Source: an uncultured virus (IMG/VR IMGVR_UViG_3300020200_000018) (Duplodnaviria > Heunggongvirae > Uroviricota > Caudoviricetes). From it: DNA of 64,000 nt. Location of the stretch: the IMG/VR virus record IMGVR_UViG_3300020200_000018. One strand, 5' to 3'. The translations under genes were made by a program, and so were the position numbers. Positions 54,714 to 63,608 of this stretch are shown piece by piece (within the stretch, counting starts at the first letter, position 1; the number at the start of each line of letters is the position of its first letter). The notes under the pieces are model-generated. The model ran no database searches and was not told the DNA's origin. It worked only from the letters and a program-made list of their open reading frames with translations.

Positions 54714-55409
54714 TCATTTTACTTCCTTAAAGTCATAAAAGAAATCGTTACTGTTTCTCGCAGAATATTTCATATTTTTTTCAACTGAATATATCTTTGT
54801 TGCTATCTTAAAATCTGATGCCTTAGCTTCCGATACTGTCAAAGAAGCATCAAAGAATAATGTTCTGTTGTTGGGTTGTGCAGCAAATTGCCCATTGTCC
54901 AACTTGATAAAATTGTAGCTCTTATGCTCATCTGCTGTTTCAGAAAATCCTGTATTTAAATAACCTGGATCGTTTTGACAAAAATCAACCGTAAACATGT
55001 AATCGCCGAAATGCCACACTCTTTCTTTGTCTAAAAATTTGCATTTTAACAACTTAAGGTTGTCTTTTTCAATGACAGTAAAATTATAACTCAAACAGTC
55101 CCAAATTTGCAAGTAATCCAAAGGCAAAAGCGGTGCGTTCAAATTTGTTTGCCGTGACACAAAAGCATGTAAAGGTAGTTTGTCATATAAAGCGCCATAG
55201 TTTGGCAATAATGCTTCAATTCTAAATGCTTGGCCTTTGATGCATTTCATTGTCATCCAAATACATGGCTCTAATTCACCGTGACCTTTTTCAAAATCAT
55301 ATAGAAATTCTTTTTTTACAAAACACGAAATAGGAGGTAAGTTATGGACCAAAAATGCCACTTCGATTAAACCTTTTGTTAATTCGGGCTGATAGGCTCG
55401 ATGCTTCAA
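54714..55409 (-). CDS. Conserved phage hypothetical protein
   Basis: HNLPP...EFLYD..GHGE, GALYDKLP, EHKS..I.LDNGQFAAQPNNR. Probable GTG start near 55361. Confidence 0.7.
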   Translation of the reverse strand: MKHRAYQPELTKGLIEVAFLVHNLPPISCFVKKEFLYDFEKGHGELEPCIWMTMKCIKGQAFRIEALLPNYGALYDKLPLHAFVSRQTNLNAPLLPLDYLQIWDCLSYNFTVIEKDNLKLLKCKFLDKERVWHFGDYMFTVDFCQNDPGYLNTGFSETADEHKSYNFIKLDNGQFAAQPNNRTLFFDASLTVSEAKASDFKIATKIYSVEKNMKYSARNSNDFFYDFKEVK

Positions 55410-55460
55410 CCCAGTTGATATAATATTTTACATGATTAGTGTGGAAATGTCAATAGAAAG

Positions 55461-56063
55461 TTATTTTGAAGGACCTTTAACGCCCTTTGGTGCTTTATAA
55501 TTCCGGCGGGATTTAGTACGCTTTTTTCGTTTGAACGATTCAAACTCATTCATAAAGGTATACATCTGTTCTTTGGTCCATTCGCTCTGCGACACTTCTT
55601 GGGAATGCCGCCCGCGTGATTCTGTGTCACCATCTTGCCGGTCAACCGTTTCTTCCATTAAATTGGCCCGTTCAATCATCTTATATTTGGTATACTGGTA
55701 CCGCTTTTCTTTTTGGATACGCCGGACAAAAGCAAAGTAAATAATCTGAGTGAAATATGCAAATGGATTCTTAGACTTTTTGGGATCAAAGTTGTCAATG
55801 TATTGGAGGCAATTTTCTATCCCATCGCAAACCATCTCATCCCTGAATGTATAAGATGAAAAATTCGGCCGGAATGCTAAATGCGTGGCGATTTTCATAA
55901 TGCTCTCACCAATATAATCAGTCACCATCGGGCGAGGTTTTTTCTCGCGGATAGCACGGTTTATCTCTTTCTTGTAATTCACCAAGGCCCTGAAAAGCTC
56001 GTCATTATCTACATAATGCACCGATTTCTTTGGTTTATTAATGGCTAATAGATTAGGTAGCAT
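55461..56063 (-). CDS. 55: Late-transcription sigma factor gp55
   Basis: HYVDN, YIGE..KIA.HL..RPNF, DGIENC, NPFAYFTQI.YFAFVRRIQKEK. Confidence 0.95.
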   Translation of the reverse strand: MLPNLLAINKPKKSVHYVDNDELFRALVNYKKEINRAIREKKPRPMVTDYIGESIMKIATHLAFRPNFSSYTFRDEMVCDGIENCLQYIDNFDPKKSKNPFAYFTQIIYFAFVRRIQKEKRYQYTKYKMIERANLMEETVDRQDGDTESRGRHSQEVSQSEWTKEQMYTFMNEFESFKRKKRTKSRRNYKAPKGVKGPSK

Positions 56064-56074
56064 ACATGGTTCCG

Positions 56075-56278
56075 TTATGTAACTTCTAACCAAACACGCG
56101 CACCCCAAGGAAGTGGATGGGTTGGATTATACCGAACAGTAACTTCTCCCTTGTGTGTAAAAGTATGGACCCGTTTAGGTTTGCCATACTTACCTTGGCT
56201 AACACGGATGACAGGCTTCTTTGTTCCGTGTTTTAGGTTGCTCGCTATAGTGTTTTTACAAACTGTGACGTAATACAT
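56075..56278 (-). CDS. Small hypothetical protein
   Basis: N.KHGT..PVI...Y.P..PL..GARVW pattern. Confidence 0.6.
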   Translation of the reverse strand: MYYVTVCKNTIASNLKHGTKKPVIRVSQGKYGKPKRVHTFTHKGEVTVRYNPTHPLPWGARVWLEVT

Positions 56279-56296
56279 ATAATCTTTTTAGTTCAT

Positions 56297-56728
56297 TTAG
56301 TGGTAAGTGGGATTAGAATTAGATGAATCAGTTGGCCAATCATAAACAGTATTGCTGTTGGGCATTCCCTCTTCCTGTTCTTTTTTGTAGTAATAGGATA
56401 ACACAAGGTTAGGATCGGCCGGGCCTGCGACTACCACTTGCGTTTTTGGTAAATCCATAATGGACCTATTGACAATCTTTGCAGCACCACTGATCCATGG
56501 CAACAAAATAATAGGAGCACCAGGCAACCTCCAATCTTGGACTACTACGTGTGGATCAGAGATAACCCATACATGGGAGAATTCCCCAACTATTTGCGCG
56601 GCAAGCGTTTCGCCAGTTATTAATTTTAAAACAATGATGGGCAAAGCATTCGGTGGTACCACTTGTATAATTGGTTTTGCCGGATTGGTTTTTTGTTTGA
56701 GGTTGAGGAAAGATTTCTTTCGCGGCAT
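56297..56728 (-). CDS. Sm-like fold hypothetical protein between uvsW and gp55
   Basis: IVLKLITGETL...P...PW. Position matches T4-like myoviruses. Confidence 0.6.
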   Translation of the reverse strand: MPRKKSFLNLKQKTNPAKPIIQVVPPNALPIIVLKLITGETLAAQIVGEFSHVWVISDPHVVVQDWRLPGAPIILLPWISGAAKIVNRSIMDLPKTQVVVAGPADPNLVLSYYYKKEQEEGMPNSNTVYDWPTDSSNSNPTYH

Positions 56729-56729
56729 T

Positions 56730-58211
56730 TTAACCTTTCAATCGTACATGAAATGTGGACAACGGAAAACCTTCCTTTTCATAGTATGCTTTCCGGATAG
56801 CGGCATGGCCTAATGTAAAATTACGGCGTTTCGTATAGAGGCTATCTGCGATATCAAATAGTTTGGCATGGGTTTTACCACTTCCTAAACGAAGGCTGCG
56901 GCCAATAGATTGGAACACACGGATACGGCTTTTTGATGGACTTGCAAAAATAATATTGTGGAGACGTTTTATATTTATGCCGGTTGAAAAGGTACCGTAA
57001 CTAGCAATGATGATCGCATTATTTTCTTGTTCAACAAGGGAGCGGACACTTTCGCGCTCATCTGCATCAACTTTTCCATGGACAAAAAATACCGGCCTTT
57101 TAGCATCTTGCTTGTTCGCTGCTGTTTTGATATAGCGGAATAATGTCTCACCATGTTTCTCCACCAAAGTATAAAGGACCAGGGTGTTGCCTTTAAGCGC
57201 TGTGGCCAACTTTGTAATATACTTATTCCTAGCGTGGGATGCAACCAAACATTCAATTTCGTGATGGTATAACCAACTCCTTGGCTTTACTTCTGGTGGA
57301 TGCTCTAACAACACCATAGAAATATTCAAAGGCGCAAGGAGTCCTTGTTGTTGTAAATCTGTGGTAGATGCTACTTGGTGGATGGGTCCAAATAAACCCT
57401 CAAGGATCCATTGGTGTATTTTTGTGCCATCAAGTGTACCTGTTAACCCAATACGGTGGTAGATATGTGGGCATTTAACCATAATTCCTGAAAGGGACCT
57501 TGCTTTAAAAAGGTGGACTTCATCACCTACCAAAGCGCTGAATGCAGAAAAATATTTTGGCCCTTCTGTATATACCGCTTGCCATGTCGTTACGGTAATG
57601 TTTGCACCTACATCTTTGTCCGCACCTTCACACACTCCGTGGGTGGTGCCTGTATAGCCATATTCTTTAAAGTCGCTTATTAATTGCTTGACCAAAGATT
57701 TTGTTGGAACAATAATTAATGGTCGCTGTCCTTGCTCCAAATACCAAAGGGCAAGCAAATAAGCAATGAGGGATTTCCCACTCGCTGTCGGCGACACCAC
57801 AATACCCCGGCCCATTTTGACAGCAAATACAAAAGCATCAAGTTGGTGTTGGTGCGGTGCATGGGGAAGGGCTTGGCTCTCCACCCACTTTATTAATGCC
57901 TTAGAATTGGGGGAAATGCGGCGTGACGCTGTTTCATGGTCATGCGTAACAGGAAACCCAAATTGTGCGGCCCATGCTTCTATCCTATGTTGTAATCCGG
58001 CATAGACTAACGCGGTGCGTATATTATAAAGGTGGACCTGCCCATCCCAATAGCCACGGCGGGCCGCTGGCATAAATTTGGCACCGGGTACGTCAAATGA
58101 TAGTTGTTCCCAAAGTTCACGCGTAACCGCTGGTTCATCACACAGGACACGGATATATGTGTGGTTGACGTTTTTAATATTGACTGTCGCCATGTGTGTC
58201 TTATTGTCCAA
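56730..58211 (-). CDS. uvsW: SF2 helicase UvsW
   Basis: SPTASGKS, DEVH, GLTGT, ASYGTFSTGINI, QSIGR.LR. Confidence 0.95.
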   Translation of the reverse strand: MDNKTHMATVNIKNVNHTYIRVLCDEPAVTRELWEQLSFDVPGAKFMPAARRGYWDGQVHLYNIRTALVYAGLQHRIEAWAAQFGFPVTHDHETASRRISPNSKALIKWVESQALPHAPHQHQLDAFVFAVKMGRGIVVSPTASGKSLIAYLLALWYLEQGQRPLIIVPTKSLVKQLISDFKEYGYTGTTHGVCEGADKDVGANITVTTWQAVYTEGPKYFSAFSALVGDEVHLFKARSLSGIMVKCPHIYHRIGLTGTLDGTKIHQWILEGLFGPIHQVASTTDLQQQGLLAPLNISMVLLEHPPEVKPRSWLYHHEIECLVASHARNKYITKLATALKGNTLVLYTLVEKHGETLFRYIKTAANKQDAKRPVFFVHGKVDADERESVRSLVEQENNAIIIASYGTFSTGINIKRLHNIIFASPSKSRIRVFQSIGRSLRLGSGKTHAKLFDIADSLYTKRRNFTLGHAAIRKAYYEKEGFPLSTFHVRLKG

Positions 58212-58674
58212 ATTGTGTTAACTTGCGCCACTCAATAGCGTTCTTAATCTGGTATCCCCGGTTGTTAATCGCCTTAAGGATTTCTTCAGCCACCGCACAA
58301 GACTCTTCCGCAATCGCAATCCGGGCATCTTGCTTAATCAATTCTGTATCAGCTTCAATATGGGTATGGACTTCGTTTTTTAAGTGCCGGACTAACATGG
58401 GAGGCCTGTCCATTGTTTTTAGTTCCTCAGTGCCATTTAAGTTACCGAGGTAATAATCACGCAGCTTCGCAAATAGTTCGCGGCGTTCATAGTGGCAGCG
58501 TTTGGCCCAGAGCCGGGCTTGTGACAAAATTTTCAAATACTTGGCATGGAGGATTGGAATTTTAAACGATTCTGTATCTAATTCAGTATCGTCAAATTTT
58601 GCATCAGCCTCCCACATTTCAATTAAGGTAGGGGGAGACATTTTGACTTGTTGTTGGCTTGTATTAGCAGACAC
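58201..58674 (-). CDS. uvsY: Recombination mediator UvsY
   Basis: MWEAD..D..LD.ES.KIP.LHAKY, NRGYQIKNAIEW. Adjacent to uvsW. Confidence 0.9.
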   Translation of the reverse strand: MSANTSQQQVKMSPPTLIEMWEADAKFDDTELDTESFKIPILHAKYLKILSQARLWAKRCHYERRELFAKLRDYYLGNLNGTEELKTMDRPPMLVRHLKNEVHTHIEADTELIKQDARIAIAEESCAVAEEILKAINNRGYQIKNAIEWRKLTQFGQ

Positions 58675-58885
58675 AGTTAGATTCCCATAATTGGAAGATA
58701 GTTATGGCTTTTATAGGGTCCGGGCAACGTAGCTGGCCTATTTTTGCCATCCCCTGGAATAAGGGCGCCAGCTGGGCAGTATAAACGACCCATTTAATCG
58801 CTCTACGGACCGCCAGAATGGGCCCAAGTTCAGCACCGACAGCAGCACCCACATATTCCATATTCTGTGGACTAACTAGACTCAT
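58664..58885 (-). CDS. Hypothetical protein
   Basis: 73-aa ORF between a promoter and uvsY. Confidence 0.35.
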   Translation of the reverse strand: MSLVSPQNMEYVGAAVGAELGPILAVRRAIKWVVYTAQLAPLFQGMAKIGQLRCPDPIKAITIFQLWESNCVC

Positions 58886-58967
58886 TTATTTACTAATACT
58901 AGACTCATTTTGCCATAGCGTTTTTTGGCTTATTACATAGTACGCACAAACGCTCATCATACGATGA

Positions 58968-58997
58968 AGTTTACCATATTATAGTATGGATTGTCAA
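58968..58997 (-). promoter_or_regulatory. Sigma70-type promoter for the uvsY-uvsW unit
   Basis: TTGACA-18-TAAACT with TG extension. Confidence 0.55.
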
Positions 58998-59034
58998 GGG
59001 TCGTGGTAAAGAGTAGAAATTTTTGGGAGGAAAG

Positions 59035-59589
59035 TTAGCGGGAGGTACCTGGTTTCAATTCGTACATACGGTACGCAAACGTAACGGTGGCTTCTGCGTA
59101 ATTTACGGTTTCTGCGGTGAGTTCAAAATTTAGGCCACTCAGGGCGGTGGGAAACATATCTTTAAATATGACTGACGCAATCGGATTTTTTGAGCTTGAT
59201 AAAATTGTAAGGGTACCATCTGTCATAAAAGCTGCCGCACGGGCAGCTCCTTTTGCTTCGAGGTGCCAGGGTGCAGTAACAGCCGTGGACGTTTCAGTTA
59301 AACTAACCGGATGGCCTATCTCCCGTATCCAATGGTAAATCTCATAATAATTTTTTAGGTTCTCATCAATTTTGAACGTGAGTGTCCAGGGCGCCCAAGA
59401 AATCCTGTCACCTGGCTTTGGCAAATGGCTGAATGGTGATGATGTTATTGCCGCGGGAATGTCAAGGGATGGTAATTCAGTCCGTTGGGTAAAATATACA
59501 ACATGAGGCAAACGTAGGAGGGTGAGTTGGAATCCATTTTGCCCGAGGAAGTTGACATTATCCGGTGTGCCTTGCACAATGGATGGCAT
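59035..59589 (-). CDS. 3: Tail tube terminator / tail completion protein (gp3-like)
   Basis: NFLGQNGF..LRLP.V.YF..ELP, FKIDENLKNYYEIY.W, D.TL.I, F.DMFP.ALSGL.F. Synteny gp23-gp3-uvsY. Confidence 0.8.
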   Translation of the reverse strand: MPSIVQGTPDNVNFLGQNGFQLTLLRLPHVVYFTQRTELPSLDIPAAITSSPFSHLPKPGDRISWAPWTLTFKIDENLKNYYEIYHWIREIGHPVSLTETSTAVTAPWHLEAKGAARAAAFMTDGTLTILSSSKNPIASVIFKDMFPTALSGLNFELTAETVNYAEATVTFAYRMYELKPGTSR

Positions 59590-59609
59590 ATCTTTTGTTT
59601 AAGCCTTTT

Positions 59610-60125
59610 CTATTTCTTCTTGTAAATGAAAAATGGAGACTCCATTTCGACCCCATCCTTCAAGCCTTTACCTTTATTGGCTAACCAATCCGCGAGCGCA
59701 TAAAGTTCTTTATCAATAGGAATAAGCAGGGAGCCGGGATGGCCACCGTGTTGAGCGATCAAGTCTTTCCGCTGTTTCATCAGTTTCTCAAGGTGGGCCG
59801 CGCGGCCGCTAACACCCATACGTTCAAACTTATCAGCATATTCGCTCTTGATTGATGCTTCTGTTACCGGAGCACCAGGGCGCCATGACCAGCCATGCAC
59901 CGATGGGTCAGGGGATTGCCCTTTCTTACGCAACCATGACATAAGTGCATAAATTTCTTTATCAATAAACATGGTCTGGCTTACTCCACCATAAGGATTA
60001 TTCCTGATCTTGTCTTTCCGTTGTTTTTGTAGCTTGTCAAAGTGTGTTATCGCATCCTTAACACCCATACGTTCAAACTTATCAGCATACGTTTCTTCGC
60101 TCAAGTGTTCTAAGAATGTTTGCAT
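59610..60125 (-). CDS. Probable capsid-internal protein with two copies of an unrecognised ~55-aa domain
   Basis: MQTFLEHLSE N-terminus. YADKFERMGV...KQRKD...IDKE.YAL..WL..KG occurs twice. AGGAGG SD. Confidence 0.7.
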   Translation of the reverse strand: MQTFLEHLSEETYADKFERMGVKDAITHFDKLQKQRKDKIRNNPYGGVSQTMFIDKEIYALMSWLRKKGQSPDPSVHGWSWRPGAPVTEASIKSEYADKFERMGVSGRAAHLEKLMKQRKDLIAQHGGHPGSLLIPIDKELYALADWLANKGKGLKDGVEMESPFFIYKKK

Positions 60126-60171
60126 TTAATCCTCCTAAGATAATACCTGCTGCGTCCATCCCGGCCCGCCG

Positions 60172-60348
60172 CTATAACCTAATCCTCCTATTGCCTTCAC
60201 CCTTAGCAATGAGTACACCGAAACGGGTACCAACTAAGTGCGCGCCGTACTGTTTAAGGACCTTTTTAAGGTCATCCTTGCAAGCTTTTAATGCCTCCAA
60301 GTGGGCCTCTTCATCTTTCGCTTCACGGATAAATTGCCTAAATCGCAT
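60172..60348 (-). CDS. Small protein with capsid-targeting-like N-terminus (not in the ORF track)
   Basis: Manual translation, 58 aa: MRFRQFIREAKDEEAHLEALKACKDDLKKVLKQYGAHLVGTRFGVLIAKGEGNRRIRL. Confidence 0.6.
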   Translation of the reverse strand: MRFRQFIREAKDEEAHLEALKACKDDLKKVLKQYGAHLVGTRFGVLIAKGEGNRRIRL

Positions 60349-60432
60349 TAAATGCCAGCATTCTTGAGTTTTGGTCGGTATTAAGAGATTAAGACTATTT
60401 AGTTTATGATGTGGGGTTGGAATGTAATAGGC

Positions 60433-60460
60433 AAAAAAAAGGGCTCCGAAGAGCCCTTTT
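60433..60460 (-). terminator. Intrinsic terminator after gp23 with cUUCGg tetraloop
   Basis: Minus strand GGGCTC-TTCG-GAGCCC-TTTTTTTT. Confidence 0.92.
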
Positions 60461-60484
60461 CATTACTCTATTGTAGAATGTTGA

Positions 60485-61855
60485 TTAGAGTATGTTGGTG
60501 ACTGCCACACGCCGGTAATAGATGTTCTTGTTGGCGAACAGGATCTGCCCGTCACCAGCAGAGGTAGCAAAGGGATTAGCCACCATACCGTACCGTGTTT
60601 TGAATCCGATCTTTGGCTGGAATGTATCTTGTCCTACTGCACGGACCATCTGGAGTGGCACGTACGGGCAATAGAATAAACCAGCATCAAACGCCGACGC
60701 GCCTTTATAGCCGACAGTGAAATACTGCTTACCTGCGCTGGACGAGAAGTACGGATCAATATACACCTTGATCCGGCCAGCCAACGTACCTGCAAAGGTA
60801 TTGCCTGTATCATCGACCTGCAAGTCATTTGACATCGCAGGCGCATAATCTAAGACACCAGCCATCGCAAGGGCCGAGGCTACGTCACTTCCACAGACCA
60901 TCAAGTTGCCCTTCCCACGCCGGGTTGACTTGGCAATTTGATTCGCCTCACGTTCAACCTGGAACAAGAGGCCTTTAAACTTTTCTACCATCCACCGTCC
61001 GTTAGAATCAACGTCAAGGTCGAAGGTGCCGGCAGTCGTGACGTTTTCTTGCGCTCCAATCGTCGCGGTATAGTTGATGGTCCGGACGACTTCACGGTTG
61101 ATTTCTGCGAGGATTTCAGCGGCGAGGATATTGCTGAGTTCCGTCTCCGCATCCAATCCATGGATTGCTTTTAAGTCCTGCGCCAATTCCATTGTGTATT
61201 CAGCCTTCAGGGCCCTTGACACAGCGGTGACAGCGACCTTCTCAATGCTGAATGCCATTTCCCGGAATGCGTTGGTAGATGCATCCCCGAGGGCTTCTGC
61301 CTTGGCAGTGGACATACCGGTTGACACGGTGTATCCTGAAGCACTGGCAGCGGTAGTTGGATCACTGCCAACCTGGCCAGTACCAGCTGAGCCGTCTTTG
61401 ACGAAGATTGACGCGGTGTTCCCACCCGCCGATGAGGAGAACGAGGTATTCGCTTCGTTGAACAAACCTTCTGCACCGGTTTGCGAGGTATAGCGGGAGC
61501 GCATTGCAAACACCAGTCCTGTTGGACCAGTCATTGGCTGCACACCGCAAATATCATACGCAATCAGGTTTGGCATAGACCGACGGACGAGAGAAATGAG
61601 GACAGGATCGAAAATGTCCACATTGCCTGCCGCGGCAGTCGATGAAGAGGCGCCCATCGCATTGGTTGGTGATGCTTCACCTAAGAGCGACATGGACCCC
61701 CGACGTTCATTGCCTTGTGCTTCCCTGGCGCTGAATTCCTGGTTTTCCAAAAGGACCGCCAACACAGAGCGACGGTGAATATCGTTAATGGCTGGCAAGT
61801 CAGGATGCTCGATAACCGCCTTCCACTTCTCTTGCAACTGTTCATTCAGGTACAT
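60485..61855 (-). CDS. 23: Major capsid protein gp23
   Basis: LISLVRR.MPNLIAYDICGVQPMTGPTG, SRALKAEY..ELAQDLKAIHGLDAE, FYCPYVPLQ, GFKTRYG. Confidence 0.98.
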   Translation of the reverse strand: MYLNEQLQEKWKAVIEHPDLPAINDIHRRSVLAVLLENQEFSAREAQGNERRGSMSLLGEASPTNAMGASSSTAAAGNVDIFDPVLISLVRRSMPNLIAYDICGVQPMTGPTGLVFAMRSRYTSQTGAEGLFNEANTSFSSSAGGNTASIFVKDGSAGTGQVGSDPTTAASASGYTVSTGMSTAKAEALGDASTNAFREMAFSIEKVAVTAVSRALKAEYTMELAQDLKAIHGLDAETELSNILAAEILAEINREVVRTINYTATIGAQENVTTAGTFDLDVDSNGRWMVEKFKGLLFQVEREANQIAKSTRRGKGNLMVCGSDVASALAMAGVLDYAPAMSNDLQVDDTGNTFAGTLAGRIKVYIDPYFSSSAGKQYFTVGYKGASAFDAGLFYCPYVPLQMVRAVGQDTFQPKIGFKTRYGMVANPFATSAGDGQILFANKNIYYRRVAVTNIL

Positions 61856-61910
61856 ACACCGGTCTCCTTTGCGTTACGTTTGGCAACCTTAATTTGGCGC
61901 CCGTTATGGT

Positions 61911-61918
61911 TATTTATA
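61911..61918 (-). promoter_or_regulatory. T4-type late promoter TATAAATA
   Basis: Exact match upstream of gp23. Confidence 0.85.
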
Positions 61919-61928
61919 CAAACCCGGT

Positions 61929-63545
61929 TTATTTCACTGGATCAATACGGCCCGCACGGTTCACTTGTTTTGAGATGGCTTTGACATAAGCATCCATGCC
62001 TGGAGTGGCTTTTTCTTTGTCACTATCAATTAACCGTTGGTTTTCGTCTAATGACACAGACCGCTTGGCACCACCCTTTTTCGGGAAATAGGATTCACAG
62101 AGGTTTTGAACCTTTTCCCTGAATGCTTTTGCATTATTAAATTGCATCGCCTCAGCCAACGCCGTAATCTTTTCACGTTGGGCATCACTCATATCCTTAG
62201 TAACTTCGGCGAGGATGTCCTTACGGGCGTATTGTTCAATTTGTTTAGTAAGGGTCAGGTTGCGGTTGATTTCTTCGTTCAAGTCCTTATCCATTTTCTC
62301 TATTTTTGTGGCCAATTGTTCAACCACCTTGACTTTGTTGGCTGGGACTTGGATATAGTGTTCGGTAAATAGATGTTTCATACCGTCCATGAACGATTCA
62401 ACCAGTTCAGTTTGCAGGCCGTGTTCAACCGCTAACTTGTTCTCTGCCATCCATTGCTCAACCACGTAATTGAGGTAGTTATCAAGGCGGCGGGTTAGTT
62501 TCGATATCCGGCGGTTAACAGCTTTTGCCATATCAGCTTCGGCCAATTTCCGGAGGCCCCTAAGCTTCCGGTTCACTTTTGTAATGACCGCTGCTTCCAT
62601 AAGTTCCGTTGCTTTCTTCTTGAATTCTTTTGTAAGGTCAGCACCACGGAATGCTGCGGCTATGTCTTCGGTGAGGCTCAAATCTTTGCGCCTAAATTTT
62701 GTGCGCTTTGCAATGGCTTCGGAAACTGTAATTTTCTTATCCTCATCGTCCTTTTCGGCAATGGTCTTATCCTCATCGTCTTTTTCGGCTAAGCCATTGT
62801 TGCCGTTCTTCTTACCATTCTTTTCGGCAAGGCCATTGTTGCCGTTTTTCTTACCATTCTTTTCGTTCTCGTCATCACCATTTTCTTCGTCTACCGGTTC
62901 TTTCTCGTCATCATCTTCATCAATCTTTTCATCATCACCGTTTTCTTCGTCCACCTTTTTCTCGTCCTCGCCATTTTCTTCATCCATTTTATCATCATCA
63001 TCTTCATCAACATATCCCTGCTCAACCACCGGTTCTTCCTCGTCATCATCTTCGTATGCTGCCAAACGTCCATCTTCTTCCACGTCATCCCCATTTTCTT
63101 CTTCCATATCATCCCCATTTTCTTCTTCCATATCATCCCCATTTTCTTCTTCCATATCATCCCCATTTTCTTCTTCCATATCATCCCCATTTTCTTCTTC
63201 CACGTCATCCTCATGTTCTTCGCCCACTTTCGTTTTCTTCTGCATGCCTGGTTGCTCTTCATAATCCTCAGGATCGTCCATTTCTGTCTCAAAGTCCTTA
63301 AGGTCTTTATCAGACATTTCCGCCAAACGGTCCACAATGCCAGCGATTATAACTGCCCTGTCCCCTGGCTTAATGCCAGAACCCTGGGCATGTGGTTCTT
63401 TTTCAGCATTGCGCTGGTCTCCGCGGTTTGGTGCGACCTGTTTCACACCGTCGCCACTTTGGGTGCTTGCATCTGCGCCATAGGACGCGCTGAACGCTTC
63501 CTTTAACGCTTTCTTGCTTTTCTTGACGGCTGCCTTCTTTTTCAT
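61929..63545 (-). CDS. 22: Prohead core scaffold protein gp22 with a large acidic low-complexity insert
   Basis: C-terminal EFKKKA..MEAAV, LDNYLNYVVEQWM.EN.LA.E.GL..E..ESF..G, M.AY..AI. Lies between gp21 and gp23. Confidence 0.9.
   Translation of the reverse strand: MKKKAAVKKSKKALKEAFSASYGADASTQSGDGVKQVAPNRGDQRNAEKEPHAQGSGIKPGDRAVIIAGIVDRLAEMSDKDLKDFETEMDDPEDYEEQPGMQKKTKVGEEHEDDVEEENGDDMEEENGDDMEEENGDDMEEENGDDMEEENGDDVEEDGRLAAYEDDDEEEPVVEQGYVDEDDDDKMDEENGEDEKKVDEENGDDEKIDEDDDEKEPVDEENGDDENEKNGKKNGNNGLAEKNGKKNGNNGLAEKDDEDKTIAEKDDEDKKITVSEAIAKRTKFRRKDLSLTEDIAAAFRGADLTKEFKKKATELMEAAVITKVNRKLRGLRKLAEADMAKAVNRRISKLTRRLDNYLNYVVEQWMAENKLAVEHGLQTELVESFMDGMKHLFTEHYIQVPANKVKVVEQLATKIEKMDKDLNEEINRNLTLTKQIEQYARKDILAEVTKDMSDAQREKITALAEAMQFNNAKAFREKVQNLCESYFPKKGGAKRSVSLDENQRLIDSDKEKATPGMDAYVKAISKQVNRAGRIDPVK
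63085..63210. repeat. 24-bp in-frame tandem repeat (about 5 copies) in gp22
   Basis: Encodes (M/V)EEENGDD repeats. Confidence 0.92.
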
Positions 63546-63588
63546 CGGTCGCTCCTGTTCAAAGTAATAGTAGAACCAATCTCCCGGC

Positions 63589-63596
63589 TATTTATA
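63589..63596 (-). promoter_or_regulatory. T4-type late promoter TATAAATA
   Basis: Exact match upstream of gp22. Confidence 0.85.
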
Positions 63597-63608
63597 CAGA
63601 AGAGGTTT

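Noticed and set aside
62584..63337. ORFs 62584-63264 (+), 62891-63337 (-) and 63056-63301 (+)
   Set aside because: These are shadow frames of the low-complexity gp22 repeat tract.
294..63506. Plus-strand ORFs in the six-frame track (e.g. 6010-6663, 16491-17003, 45699-46277)
   Set aside because: They overlap well-supported minus-strand genes and show no recognisable motifs.
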